A program made the position numbers and the translations under genes. The notes below the pieces were generated by a model. It did no database searches, was not told where the DNA came from, and worked only from the letters and a program-made list of their open reading frames with translations. DNA of 64,000 bases from positions 124,001 to 188,000 of IMG/VR virus record IMGVR_UViG_3300028384_001500. One strand, 5' to 3'. Below, piece after piece: positions 28,321 to 39,147 of this stretch (its first letter is position 1; each line of letters begins with the position of its first letter).

Positions 28321-28872
28321 TTATCTATTTCTAATTGAAGGTGCAAAAGCTAAATTGGCCCACTTGCTCGATGCGCCACCAAACAATTCTTCAGGTAAAG
28401 ACTGATCAACGACTTTTGCTGCATGATCTCCTTGTGCAGAAACTGCCGGGCCTGACGGTCTTGACCCTTCTTTTTGCTCCCTAAGTGTTGTTGCTGCTGT
28501 GTCTGCAAATATATCACTCATAATTGGATCGTCTGTAATACCTTGAACTGTTTTTGTTATAGCATCACTTCTATTATTTTTTGCTGCACTATCTACGCCC
28601 ATCTTAATAGAATCTAAATATGAAGGCCTTCTAGTAGGTCTAGGTTTTCTAGCACTTGTCACTTGTGTTGCATGGTGAGAAAGATTTGAGTCAGAAATAT
28701 TTCTTGTTCTAGTTTGCGGTGTAGAGTTTTCATATGCTTCATGCAAGGTACCTCTTAGTTCTCTAGCCTCGCTAAGTGTTGCAACATTATTTCCTACTAA
28801 ACCTTCTGCCAATATTTCAAGTAAGCATTCTTTGACAATTGATTTCATTGCCTTTCTTGTTTTATTATTCAT
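28321..28872 (-). CDS. Hypothetical prohead-associated protein
   Basis: MKSIVKECLLEILAEG; directly downstream of the protease gene. Confidence 0.7.
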   Translation of the reverse strand: MNNKTRKAMKSIVKECLLEILAEGLVGNNVATLSEARELRGTLHEAYENSTPQTRTRNISDSNLSHHATQVTSARKPRPTRRPSYLDSIKMGVDSAAKNNRSDAITKTVQGITDDPIMSDIFADTAATTLREQKEGSRPSGPAVSAQGDHAAKVVDQSLPEELFGGASSKWANLAFAPSIRNR

Positions 28873-29475
28873 TTACCACCTCAGAATTTCATTAAACATT
28901 CTATCAATTTTATCTGTCTGGTTAAAAAATTTGTCTAAATCTTTTCTTTGTATCTTGTGTTCTTTAAGCATAAAAGCACCTGGCGTACTAGGTTCAGATA
29001 CCATATCAAAGCAAATTAATTGAAAATCATCTTGAACAACTTGGTTTCCACCTTTTGACACCGTCGAACCAACGCCTCTTGATGATATCCCTAAGGTTAC
29101 ACCACTTTCAATAAGCGACTGAATAATTTTTCCACTAGGTGTGTCTAAAATTTCAATTCTTCCGTATACGTCATCACCTTTCATATAGGCTTCTCTTACA
29201 ATATGGCTAACATTTTTAAGTTCAACTACAGAAGAGTCTGGGTGATCGCATTCACCTAATGCTCTATTTTCTCTAATCATTTTTTGATAATTCATAATTT
29301 CTCTTTCTAAAATAGGCCTAGGGTAAACTCTTCCGTTTTGGTTAAGTGTGTTTGCTCTCTGAATGACGCCTGATAACATTATCTTTCCACCAAACTTTTC
29401 TCTTGATTCTTTAATCATTTCTTTTGAACACTGGATAGGTGTCCATTCTCTTAAAACATTTAAATCATTAGCCAT
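28873..29475 (-). CDS. Prohead protease (gp21-like)
   Basis: NQNGRVYP, ALGECDHP, VSHIV, LGISSRGVGS, FDMVSEPSTPGA. Confidence 0.95.
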   Translation of the reverse strand: MANDLNVLREWTPIQCSKEMIKESREKFGGKIMLSGVIQRANTLNQNGRVYPRPILEREIMNYQKMIRENRALGECDHPDSSVVELKNVSHIVREAYMKGDDVYGRIEILDTPSGKIIQSLIESGVTLGISSRGVGSTVSKGGNQVVQDDFQLICFDMVSEPSTPGAFMLKEHKIQRKDLDKFFNQTDKIDRMFNEILRW

Positions 29476-29476
29476 G

Positions 29477-30319
29477 TTACTTTACCTCTTTTTTAATTTC
29501 TGATATCATTTTTGTAAGTGTTAAAAACTTAACAACATTTTGATCATCAACTTCTTGAGAAGAAAGTGTTTTAATTTTTTGTCTTACTTCGTCAAGTTTG
29601 TTTAGTAAATATTTGTTATCAGTTGTGTCTTCAAATTTTTCCAAAGATCTAAGTGCTTCTATTTTTTTAGTTTCAAAAAATTGCTCTAACTGGTTGTCTT
29701 TTTTATCAGAGAGAAACACATAACCTTCGATAATTCTTTTTTGATCGCTTGATAGGCTTCCTCCATAGTGTTTATTAAACTTTTCTGTCAATATTTTTAA
29801 AACTAAACGATCATTATGGGAAGCATTTATTTTATTTTCCTCATTTAAAGATACTTTTTCTTTTAACATGATCGACCCTAAGCGAGTTTCTAAATCAACA
29901 AGACTTTTAATATCTTTTTCTGACTTTCGCCATTCGTTCAGGGTTAATTGAATCACTCCTAAGTCTCTGTAGTTGTCAACATTTCTATAATAAAAATCTT
30001 TGTCTTTGATTTGGTAATTGATATCTTTTAGTAACATTGACTTTTGACGATCTAAAGTCTTTTCATTTAGCTGTTTGCTAGCAATCTTCGCCTCATTTAA
30101 AATGGAAGCAACAGTATGTGTATTTGTAATGTTAGATTGTGCCAGTGCATTAAAAAGTCTAAACTCTTTATAAAGGTCTGTCCCTTTTTTAAAATGCTTT
30201 TCAATAAGTTTTGTGGCAACTTTAGCTTCTTTCTTATTACCTTCAATTAATTTTGTAGCTACATGCTTAAGCAAAAGCTCGTAAACAATACCTACATTTC
30301 TTTTTTTATTATGTTTCAT
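29477..30319 (-). CDS. Hypothetical protein between portal and protease
   Basis: MKHNKKRNVGIVYELL; helical; head operon. Confidence 0.75.
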   Translation of the reverse strand: MKHNKKRNVGIVYELLLKHVATKLIEGNKKEAKVATKLIEKHFKKGTDLYKEFRLFNALAQSNITNTHTVASILNEAKIASKQLNEKTLDRQKSMLLKDINYQIKDKDFYYRNVDNYRDLGVIQLTLNEWRKSEKDIKSLVDLETRLGSIMLKEKVSLNEENKINASHNDRLVLKILTEKFNKHYGGSLSSDQKRIIEGYVFLSDKKDNQLEQFFETKKIEALRSLEKFEDTTDNKYLLNKLDEVRQKIKTLSSQEVDDQNVVKFLTLTKMISEIKKEVK

Positions 30320-32264
30320 CGTCTTCTTCTCCTGATGAATTATTCTCAGAAATTATTATAGAATTCGTTTTTCTACTACCATAAGTATTATCAAAACGCT
30401 GTAAAGTTGATTTTAATGTATCATTAATTTTTGCGTTAACAGAAATTTGCTCGTCAAGATATTTATCTAAATTAAAATCATCATCAGACTCAAGCAAGTC
30501 TTTTGCTGAAGGTGCTTTTATGGATTTTTTAAGATCATAATTTAATTTACTCATTCCTGCATCAATTTCTTGATCTCTTTTTCTAGTCTTTCCAAACTTT
30601 TTTACACTACTTCCGCCTGTATTTAGACTACTTCCTTTGTTAATAACTAAGTCTTCATCAAATTTATTTTCTTCGTCCTCTTCTAATCCATCAACGTTTA
30701 GTTCAATTAGTTTTTGAATTTTAACAGGAAGTTCGTCATCTTCAATTGACTGTTGCTCTGAGAGTGCGCCTAGGTCAATACCCCCTCCGCCTAGTTCAAC
30801 ATTACCTCCGTCAAATTGAGGTAGCCCGGCTGCTGGATTTTCTGGCCCATCAGGAGTAGTTAGTTGTGTTGCTTCAATTGAAAGATCACTTATTTTATCG
30901 TCTCTAAGACCTGATTGAACTGCTTCAATTTCTTCATCAGAAAGTCTTAAAATATTTTTTTGAACCCATCTTCTATCCACTAACCCTGCAGTTTGTAGTG
31001 CTGATGCTGCTGTTGTAAATCTTCCGTTGTAAAGCTCTAATTTTTGCTGCTGCGCGATTGTTGATGGGTTTGACAACATTAATTTAAAGTCTAATAAATC
31101 TTCATCACTAAAGCCATTACAATAAAGATGAACAATTGCTATCTTGTTCATTTCTGATAATACAGTTCTTTGAATTCTTGCAATTGTACGACTAAATCTA
31201 ATATCTTCTTGGGAGAGTGTTGCCTTAGCACCTAGACCTTCATCATAACCTAGATACGCCTTAGGTATTTTAAGTGCAGCAAACAATTTCTTTTGAATAT
31301 ATTCTACATCTTGTGTTTCTCCGGCGATAGTATCTCCGCCAAGAGGTTCAATTTTTGTACCACTATCTCCACCACGTACAGGAATAAAATAATCTTCATC
31401 AATTGAAAGTGGATTATATCTTAAATCCACTCGTCCAGTTTGCTTATCTACAATTGACGTGCGTTTTAACGAAGATTGTGCTTGTTCCATGTAGTTTGCA
31501 ACTTCTTCTGGCGGGACATTTCCAACATCAATGTAAAATATTCTACGACCTGGTGCTCTAACAATTCTGTGTACTAACATTGCGTCTTCTAATAAGATCA
31601 TTTGGCGCCAAATCCTTCTAGCAGGTTCTAGAACTGATGACCCGTACGGTAAAAATGCATCATTTCCTAAAAGTCTCATATGAGAAACTTGCCAATTTTC
31701 TAATACTTGATTACCTTGTGTCACCCATCTAAAACGAACTGCCATTGGATCATTAGGGTCAAAGCCCTCTTCTCTTTCTACTTCAGATATAGGCAATGGA
31801 AAACAGTTAATCACACCGTGTTTAGGGTGCACATCGTTAAATAAAAAACAATCACCATATTTAACTAAATTCCTAACCCAAGATGACATGTTAAATTCTA
31901 CATTAAGTGTATCATAAAACAATTCTGTAAGGATCTGTTGTATTTTAGAATTATCAGAGTAAATATGTAAAGTCTTACCTGCTTCGTCAGCTGACACTGA
32001 TTCTTCTGAATAAATGTCTAAAGCGCTAGCTATTTCAGGTGTATATTCCATTTCAGAAAAATCTGAATACCTTGCCATTCTGTCATAAGTTCCGTATGCA
32101 GACATTGCGTTGCTATAAACCGTTGACTGATTTTTCTTAAATTGATCAAACGCTGATGATGTGTAGTTTTTATCTGTGTTTTTAAGCACGTTTCTTCTTA
32201 CAACAGGCCCACTTCTAAATAATCGTGTCAGTCTTTGAAAGAGATTTCTATCATTTTTTGCCAT
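30309..32264 (-). CDS. Portal protein (gp20-like)
   Basis: LLEDAMLVHRIVRAPGRRIFYIDVGNVP, EDYFIPVRG, DVEYIQKKLFAALKIP. Confidence 0.97.
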   Translation of the reverse strand: MAKNDRNLFQRLTRLFRSGPVVRRNVLKNTDKNYTSSAFDQFKKNQSTVYSNAMSAYGTYDRMARYSDFSEMEYTPEIASALDIYSEESVSADEAGKTLHIYSDNSKIQQILTELFYDTLNVEFNMSSWVRNLVKYGDCFLFNDVHPKHGVINCFPLPISEVEREEGFDPNDPMAVRFRWVTQGNQVLENWQVSHMRLLGNDAFLPYGSSVLEPARRIWRQMILLEDAMLVHRIVRAPGRRIFYIDVGNVPPEEVANYMEQAQSSLKRTSIVDKQTGRVDLRYNPLSIDEDYFIPVRGGDSGTKIEPLGGDTIAGETQDVEYIQKKLFAALKIPKAYLGYDEGLGAKATLSQEDIRFSRTIARIQRTVLSEMNKIAIVHLYCNGFSDEDLLDFKLMLSNPSTIAQQQKLELYNGRFTTAASALQTAGLVDRRWVQKNILRLSDEEIEAVQSGLRDDKISDLSIEATQLTTPDGPENPAAGLPQFDGGNVELGGGGIDLGALSEQQSIEDDELPVKIQKLIELNVDGLEEDEENKFDEDLVINKGSSLNTGGSSVKKFGKTRKRDQEIDAGMSKLNYDLKKSIKAPSAKDLLESDDDFNLDKYLDEQISVNAKINDTLKSTLQRFDNTYGSRKTNSIIISENNSSGEEDDET

Positions 32265-32273
32265 TTATACTTC

Positions 32274-33899
32274 CTAAAATAACCATTTATGTTCTTTAAT
32301 ATTTATTCTGTTTTTTGCTGAATTTACAAATGGGTTGCTTTTTGGCCCAGATGATCTATTTTGTTCAGCGTTTGATCCTTTACTAAATATTGTTACCGGA
32401 GATGAAACGCCTTCTGGAGAGTCTTCGTAAGGTGTTGTGTTTCTAGACATAGCCTTAAGCATTGCATCGTTAATTGCCTTTGAATTCTTGCTATAATCAG
32501 CAGATGCATCAAATAGCCAAGTTCCAATTGCAAGACTCATAACTAGGTCATCATTGTAACCTCTTCTAGCAGAAGCTCTTCCGTTGTTACCTACTGCAAA
32601 CACCTTTAACTCCTCATAGAACCTACTAGAGTATACAGCGAGTTGCTTGTTTCTTAAAACTTCTTCAAGTTTAGTTAGTATTGTTCCTCTTGTTTTGCCG
32701 TTTGTGTTAAAACCTGCGACGTCAGGTGTTTGTTTCGGAACATACTCACCAATATAAACACCTTTTCTTCGTTTATAATAGAGCCTAGGATATTTAAGCT
32801 CTTGAAGTTTAAGTATTGTTGCGTATCCGTAACTATTGTTTTCAGGGCAAACCAAAGCCTTATTGTACTTTAGGCCGTATGTATTAATAAGCTCAGCAAA
32901 TTTATCTGGTCGTATCTTACCTTTATACTCAGCTATGACCTCTGAGTTATTAACATCAATAATGTGAAATGTTGAAAAATCTTTTGCGTCGCCTCTAGCT
33001 ACATCTGCAGATATTACGTATTCGTTCTCTGACAAAGGCTGTTTCCAGATCCATACGTTATTATCTGGGCCTTCTCTCATTTTAGGAGGGGTTACAATAC
33101 CCCCTAACCATTCAATGGTCACACTGTCCAAATACGTTTCACCAGAGACAGCAAAGTCGCATAGGTATTCTTGTGCAATTTGCCTTTTAGAAAGGTTAGC
33201 TGTTACTTGTTTAAACCACTCTTCACCACGTTCAGGGTGTTCATCCCACATAATCTTAATAGGATTGAATTCATTTAGGCCGGCTTCTGCTTCTGTATAT
33301 AATTTATGATACTGACCGCCTACGCCATTTGGAGTTGATAGGATAATTACTCGACCACCAGTAGAAATTGTGGGGTAAATACCTGTCCAGATAGTATCAA
33401 AGTTTCTTACAAAGGCAGCTTCATCAACTATAAGGAGTGATAGTGCTTCAGAGCGACCGGCGTCTTCCGAGGTTGGTATTGCCTTAATTTGAGAGCCATG
33501 TGAGAATATAATCTCTTGCTTATTGTTTGAAACAATTTCGGGCAATAACATCCACTTAGGAAGTGACTTAATCATTGTCTTTACTTTGATAATAAAGTTT
33601 TGTGCAACTTTTAGTTTTGTTGCAATAATAAGAATATTTTTTTCTTTTTTAAATATCGCCATCCAAACTGAATAAGCAGCAACAAGTGTAGAAAGACCCA
33701 ACTGCCTTGATTTAAGCACAATATTAAATCTATGTTCATTAAAATCTTCTGTGCATGCCTCTTGAAAAGGAAACATCTCAAAAGGAATAAGACCTTTAAC
33801 AGGATGCTGAATTTTTACATAGTTCTTAAAAAAATAGTTAGGATCTTTTCCGCACTTAATAATTTCTGATACTTGCGCTTTTTTAGTTAGTTTGGCCAT
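32274..33899 (-). CDS. terL: Terminase large subunit
   Basis: KSRQLGLST (Walker A), LLIVDEAAF (Walker B), STPNG, nuclease ADVARG and DDLVMS. Confidence 0.97.
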   Translation of the reverse strand: MAKLTKKAQVSEIIKCGKDPNYFFKNYVKIQHPVKGLIPFEMFPFQEACTEDFNEHRFNIVLKSRQLGLSTLVAAYSVWMAIFKKEKNILIIATKLKVAQNFIIKVKTMIKSLPKWMLLPEIVSNNKQEIIFSHGSQIKAIPTSEDAGRSEALSLLIVDEAAFVRNFDTIWTGIYPTISTGGRVIILSTPNGVGGQYHKLYTEAEAGLNEFNPIKIMWDEHPERGEEWFKQVTANLSKRQIAQEYLCDFAVSGETYLDSVTIEWLGGIVTPPKMREGPDNNVWIWKQPLSENEYVISADVARGDAKDFSTFHIIDVNNSEVIAEYKGKIRPDKFAELINTYGLKYNKALVCPENNSYGYATILKLQELKYPRLYYKRRKGVYIGEYVPKQTPDVAGFNTNGKTRGTILTKLEEVLRNKQLAVYSSRFYEELKVFAVGNNGRASARRGYNDDLVMSLAIGTWLFDASADYSKNSKAINDAMLKAMSRNTTPYEDSPEGVSSPVTIFSKGSNAEQNRSSGPKSNPFVNSAKNRINIKEHKWLF

Positions 33900-34342
33900 T
33901 AATTAATCTCAAAAAATGCTCTTCTATAAACATATGCTTGTCTAGTCTCTGCATAGTGATTAATCATTTGGACGTCAGTTGTTCTTTTATTTTTGTCTTC
34001 TTTAGTCTTTAAAGCTCTTCCAGCATTTTCTTTCTTTTTAAACTCTTTTTTAAGACTAGACATGTATTTATTAATGTGTTGATTAAGCTCACTTTCAGTT
34101 TGACTAATTACTTGATGTTGATGGCCGTGTGGACCTAGATTTACAATGCACAAAGATGTAACACAAAGAGAATTTCCTTGTAAGCTAGCTTTTGTTGCAA
34201 CAGATGAGGTATTACCGGGTCCTGTGGGTGTATATCCTAATCCCATGCCAGGTGTCTTCTCTCCGTAATTAGTACTGCTTTTTCCGTAAGTATCGTTAAT
34301 AAGATTACCTAAGGTATTTAATTCTTCAAAATTTAGCGACAT
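33899..34342 (-). CDS. Hypothetical protein
   Basis: 147-aa ORF coupled to terL; GGAG upstream. Confidence 0.7.
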   Translation of the reverse strand: MSLNFEELNTLGNLINDTYGKSSTNYGEKTPGMGLGYTPTGPGNTSSVATKASLQGNSLCVTSLCIVNLGPHGHQHQVISQTESELNQHINKYMSSLKKEFKKKENAGRALKTKEDKNKRTTDVQMINHYAETRQAYVYRRAFFEIN

Positions 34343-34354
34343 ATGCCTCTCCTT

Positions 34355-34609
34355 TTAATTTTTATAAAGTTTACGCTTTATAGATATATAACTTCTAACA
34401 TCAGTTTTATTAGGACGCCAGCCATTTTTCCATTCATTTCTTCTAGACTCAGCAAAGTTAAGATAACAATCATTACAACAATTGTATTCTCTATTTTTTT
34501 CAAAATCTTCAGAAGAAGCCAATGGGAACTGACAAACCGGACAATAAAAATTTTCTTTTTTAAAATTGCCAATTACTTTAATTTTAGGGCTGGTAGACAT
34601 ACGAATCAA
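34355..34609 (-). CDS. Small zinc-finger protein
   Basis: CPVC...CCNDC, WKNGWRP. Confidence 0.7.
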   Translation of the reverse strand: MIRMSTSPKIKVIGNFKKENFYCPVCQFPLASSEDFEKNREYNCCNDCYLNFAESRRNEWKNGWRPNKTDVRSYISIKRKLYKN

Positions 34610-37600
34610 CTCCTTTTCTCATGATATCGATGTTATTGTCAACGACGTCTTTAATCTCATCAATGTGAGATATTACTACAATATTTTTAAACCACTTTTT
34701 AAGGGTATGTAATAACTTACCACAAGCTTCTAAGTTTGTTTCATCTAGCGCACCAAAACCTTCATCAATCATCAGCATGTTTGTCTTGGGAAGAGAAGAT
34801 ACGTTAATTAAGGCTACTCTAATTGCAAGGGATGCCATCATTTTTTCCATACCAGATCCAAGCTCTATAATTCTCTTACTATCTCCGTAGTTAATAAATA
34901 TATCCATTGTGTTGCTATCTAGGTCAGCTTCTAGATCTACTGTAAACCCAACAACCCCTTTTAAAATTTTAGATATCTCTGTGTTAATCTGGGGTAGCAT
35001 GGCGTGTATAATTTGCACAGGTATACCTTTGTTTGATGTTGCCTGTATAAAAAGATCATATACTCTTAAAGCTTTGCTAATCTTTTCATATTCTTTCTTT
35101 TGTTTGACTAGCACATTTTTTTCTGCTTTTTCTTTTGCCAATTTTGTAATCATTCCTGTTCTTTTGGCGTCTGATTCTCTAATTAGACTATTTGTTTGGC
35201 TAATTCTTTTTTCTGCAAGAATATGTGCATTATCTGTTTCTTGACTATCATAGCGTTCTTTTAAGTCTTTGTATTCTTTTTCAAATGTCAAAATATTAGG
35301 CTTAAGATTGTCGATGTCTTTTTCATAACCTTTAATTTTTATCTTAATCGATGATATTGACGTGACTAGTTCAGACTTTTTCTGCAATATTGCATTGTAT
35401 TTGTCCAATTCTTCACTGTAATCTTTTCTTCCTAATTTTCTAAAAGCAGCCTTAAGATCGTCTACTTTTACTTTAAGCGCCGTTACTTTGTCTCGCTGTT
35501 TTTCTAGTTTTCTTTTATTTGAGTGAGACTCTTTTATAAACTTGCATTTAGGAAACTGATCACCACAAGGCACTTCTTTCAACTTTTCCACAGACTTTTC
35601 AATAAATGATAGTTCTTTTCTTTCGTATTTTAAATCGCTTTGCATTGAAGAAAGCAAAGACTCAATTTGTTTTTGGGCATCTCTTTTTTCTCTTATCTCA
35701 TCTGGGTTAATGTTACTTAAAAACAGATCTACTTTAGATATTTTTTGGTCTGTTTCAAATATTTCATCTTTTAAGTTATCCCGCTTAGTTATTAAATTTT
35801 CCAAAGACTTAGTTGCCACGTTCCATTTCTGCTCGGCAATTGATACTTGTGCGCCGGTTATGTAATCAGGTTTGACATTTGAATGTAAATCCTTTACATA
35901 GGCTTCATAGTCTTCTCTTAACTTTTCTAGCTTTTCTTCTTCTTTCTTAATAGACGTCTTTATTTCACTAATAGAGTACTCCTTTAGACCTATTTGTTTA
36001 TCCCAGTCACCTTTATTTAAGGTTTGTGCCTGCTGTTTAAGTGAAGCTGCTTCTTTTTTTGCATACTCATTCATTCCGTCAAAAACAGTTAAATCTAAAA
36101 AGTTTGCTAAAATAGCTTTTCTTGCACTGGCTTTTTCTTTAATAAAATTGTTCATATCACCCTGTGAGGCTAATGAAGTCATCAAAAACTCTTCAGGCCC
36201 ACCAATCATACCTCTAATAATCTTTTCTGTTTCTCTGCGTTGCTCTTCAGTAAGATCTTCTATGATATCACCCGACTTATCAAGTTTGTAAAACTTAAGT
36301 GTTGTAGGTGCCCAAACATTTTTCTTTGTCTGTTTCTTGACTGTTTGCCTAATAATTCGATACGGTACGTTATTAATTGATATATCTAATTCTGCCTTGC
36401 AAGAATTTTTTCTTGTATTAATCAAATGGATATTTTTAATTGAGCCTCGATCTGAGGTGTTAAATAGAGTGTATGCAATAGTACCAATAATAGATGACTT
36501 ACCTCTAGCATTTCTGCCAAAGATACCTGTGATGCCGGGCAAGTTTTCAAAATTAATAAAATTTCCGTCTTTGTAAGAAAAGCAATTATCAAACTTAAGA
36601 CTATTAATCGACCACCTGACATTTCTTAAATCCCTATCAGATTGTGCTATTTCTGAAAGACTTCTATCGACTAAGTCGTCTAGTTTTGTTAGATCATTAT
36701 CTGACAAATTGTTACTTTTATAATACTCTCTAATCAATTCCTTATGCTTATCAGGGCTTCGCAAGTCAATTGACATTGTTTTACCTGAGCTTGTTTGAAT
36801 TGTATCTGATTCAAACTTTGATTCAACTTTAAAAACAACCTCAGAAGCAGCCTTTTGCTTTGTTAGTATTTTTTGAAGCCTTCTTGCATCAGCTTGACTA
36901 ATGTAGTTATCAGCACGAATTCTAAATCTTGAAAGATTAGGATACTCTTTGCATTTATTGTACGTCTTTTGTACGTCACCTTGCCAATCAACTGTTACAA
37001 AATGATATCTGTTTTCAACAGGGTAGAACTGACATGTAAAATTGTCAGCATCTTTAATATCCCATAGTAAAAACCCTTTTTCGTTATCTTCACCAAAGTT
37101 TTGCTGAATTGTAGATCCGCAGTAGGCAATGGTTTCTTTTTTATTTAAGAACTGTCGTTTGTGAATGTCACCTAGCATTGCAAAGTCATATGATTTAAAG
37201 AGATCTAATGTAGACTCGCCTTCTAGTTGCCAGTCTACATCAGTAAGACTACCTCTTACAGCACCGTGATACAATGCAATGCTGACATTGTCTTTTGACG
37301 GTTTTGCCTTAAAGAAGTTTTCTTCATCAAAGCAAGATAACACACACCATTCAAACCCTGGAGCAAACTCATAAGTACCCGACTTTTTGTACAGGCGTAT
37401 CCTAGGGTTGTCTAATGCTTCAATAATAGGTGTAATAGCATCTTGCCTATCTCTATTTAGTATAAGGCCGTCATGGTTTCCGAGAATGACATGTGTTGGT
37501 GCTATTTTAGCCAGGCCATTAAACCACCAACACAAGTTTTGTATTAACTCTGGGGATATTCCTTGGGTCTTAGAATGTACAATATCACCACCTACATAGA

Positions 37601-37715
37601 TAATATCAGGCTGCAGCTCTTCAGCTTGCCTAAATAGGTCTTTAAATGCTAAAACGTATTCTTGATGGCGAGAAAGTCCTCGCCAGTGGATATCAGCTAT
37701 GTGTAGTATTTTCAT
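34584..37715 (-). CDS. Fused SbcD/Mre11 nuclease + SbcC/Rad50 ATPase (gp47-gp46-like)
   Basis: ADIH, GGDIVH, GNHD, GDIH phosphoesterase motifs; GRNARGKSS Walker A, coiled coil with CGDQFPKC, GSGME signature, IDEGFGALD, ISH. Confidence 0.92.
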   Translation of the reverse strand: MKILHIADIHWRGLSRHQEYVLAFKDLFRQAEELQPDIIYVGGDIVHSKTQGISPELIQNLCWWFNGLAKIAPTHVILGNHDGLILNRDRQDAITPIIEALDNPRIRLYKKSGTYEFAPGFEWCVLSCFDEENFFKAKPSKDNVSIALYHGAVRGSLTDVDWQLEGESTLDLFKSYDFAMLGDIHKRQFLNKKETIAYCGSTIQQNFGEDNEKGFLLWDIKDADNFTCQFYPVENRYHFVTVDWQGDVQKTYNKCKEYPNLSRFRIRADNYISQADARRLQKILTKQKAASEVVFKVESKFESDTIQTSSGKTMSIDLRSPDKHKELIREYYKSNNLSDNDLTKLDDLVDRSLSEIAQSDRDLRNVRWSINSLKFDNCFSYKDGNFINFENLPGITGIFGRNARGKSSIIGTIAYTLFNTSDRGSIKNIHLINTRKNSCKAELDISINNVPYRIIRQTVKKQTKKNVWAPTTLKFYKLDKSGDIIEDLTEEQRRETEKIIRGMIGGPEEFLMTSLASQGDMNNFIKEKASARKAILANFLDLTVFDGMNEYAKKEAASLKQQAQTLNKGDWDKQIGLKEYSISEIKTSIKKEEEKLEKLREDYEAYVKDLHSNVKPDYITGAQVSIAEQKWNVATKSLENLITKRDNLKDEIFETDQKISKVDLFLSNINPDEIREKRDAQKQIESLLSSMQSDLKYERKELSFIEKSVEKLKEVPCGDQFPKCKFIKESHSNKRKLEKQRDKVTALKVKVDDLKAAFRKLGRKDYSEELDKYNAILQKKSELVTSISSIKIKIKGYEKDIDNLKPNILTFEKEYKDLKERYDSQETDNAHILAEKRISQTNSLIRESDAKRTGMITKLAKEKAEKNVLVKQKKEYEKISKALRVYDLFIQATSNKGIPVQIIHAMLPQINTEISKILKGVVGFTVDLEADLDSNTMDIFINYGDSKRIIELGSGMEKMMASLAIRVALINVSSLPKTNMLMIDEGFGALDETNLEACGKLLHTLKKWFKNIVVISHIDEIKDVVDNNIDIMRKGVDSYVYQP

Positions 37716-37725
37716 ATTGGAGTCC

Positions 37726-39084
37726 TTATTCTTTCATTACCACTTTGGTATCTTTTTTGTCAATTTGGAATTGTGGTTCGCACCCTGGTATTATAACCCA
37801 GCATCTTTTAGATTTACAAGGTTTTGGTTTAGGTGCATAGCCATCAGTCATAATAATATAGCCATCATATTTAGCAATATGCTTTCTAAAGTGATCCTCG
37901 ACACAGTTAAAACAAGTACCTCCGCCCCTAGTTCTATATGCTTTTCGAACTGTTTTATTCTTTTTCCAGACAAACTCACTCTCTTCATCGACTGCTGTAT
38001 CGAAGTGATAGATGGTAAACGTTACCCGTTTTGCCAATTCATTAAGTGTATTGAATAGTAATTGCAATTCATGATCGCCAACGGATCCGGATTGGTCAAT
38101 ATAGACTGCAATGTTAGATGTGTAACTTGTTTTTCGACCTGGATGAATGTATGGGTATTTCTTATTAATACGCTTATAAGTTCTAGAGCGATTAGCTTTT
38201 TGCTTAGAACCACAGAAATATCTCAATACATTTCGCCAGTCGATTTCATCGGAAAACATTGCTTGGATTTCCCCTTGCATGCTAGCTCCAACTGAACCCC
38301 ATGAACGATTTTTGTTTGCTCGATTTGCAGCTTTTTTAACAATCTCTTTAATTTTAGCATCGGCCATGGCTTTTTCAGCATCAGTAAGCTCTTCATCAAA
38401 GTGATGATCAAAACCTTGACCGGGCTGACCGTTACCAAATCCGTGTTCGCAAGAGCCATTCCCTCCACCACCAGAACCTTCGTCATCACCAGAACCATCT
38501 TCAGAACCATCACCAGAACCACACATTGGACAGCTACCTGTGCCTTTTTGCCCCATAGACTCCTGAATGGCATCTTGAATATCTTCATCAGACATGATTT
38601 TTTCCATGTACCATTCAGATGCCTTATTTAAAGGTAGCGATTTGATAAAGTCACTCATTTGGATTTGTTCTGGCGTTGGGGTATAATCTTTAGGAAATAC
38701 TGTTGCTTGGCCAGGAACTAATCCGCCGTCAGGTAATTCATCAAGCGGTATTGTTGAGTTAATTGCCAAATCAGTTGCAATATTCCACATGAGGTGTGGC
38801 TTTTGCTTTCTACCTGTAACATGTTTATAAATCAAATGATAACATTCGTGCTTAAGTAATCCAAACACTTTTTTTGTTGTTAGCTTGCCAACAAAGTCTG
38901 GGTTCCAATGCAGAGTAAATTCTCCTCCGGAACATGAAACACCAGCTGTTGGTATGGCATAGGTTTTTTGTCGACGAATATGACTCATTATATCTGAAAA
39001 GAAAGGCTCATTTAATAAGAATTTAAGCATAATCTTTTTAAATCTTTCATCAGTTAATTCTTCTTTTGTTAAGGCATCTACCAT
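37726..39084 (-). CDS. Metallopeptidase-like + vWA domain protein (DUF2201-type)
   Basis: KHECYH, WNIATDLAIN, IDQSGSV (MIDAS), GGGT, MTDG. Confidence 0.85.
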   Translation of the reverse strand: MVDALTKEELTDERFKKIMLKFLLNEPFFSDIMSHIRRQKTYAIPTAGVSCSGGEFTLHWNPDFVGKLTTKKVFGLLKHECYHLIYKHVTGRKQKPHLMWNIATDLAINSTIPLDELPDGGLVPGQATVFPKDYTPTPEQIQMSDFIKSLPLNKASEWYMEKIMSDEDIQDAIQESMGQKGTGSCPMCGSGDGSEDGSGDDEGSGGGGNGSCEHGFGNGQPGQGFDHHFDEELTDAEKAMADAKIKEIVKKAANRANKNRSWGSVGASMQGEIQAMFSDEIDWRNVLRYFCGSKQKANRSRTYKRINKKYPYIHPGRKTSYTSNIAVYIDQSGSVGDHELQLLFNTLNELAKRVTFTIYHFDTAVDEESEFVWKKNKTVRKAYRTRGGGTCFNCVEDHFRKHIAKYDGYIIMTDGYAPKPKPCKSKRCWVIIPGCEPQFQIDKKDTKVVMKE

Positions 39085-39106
39085 GTTTCCTCCTGTGGTT
39101 GTTTAT

Positions 39107-39134
39107 ATTATACACTAAGGTATGTGCTGTTACA
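39107..39134 (-). promoter_or_regulatory. TGTAAC-N16-TATAAT promoter
   Basis: One of three identical-architecture copies. Confidence 0.75.
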
Positions 39135-39147
39135 TTATTAGAGGTTA

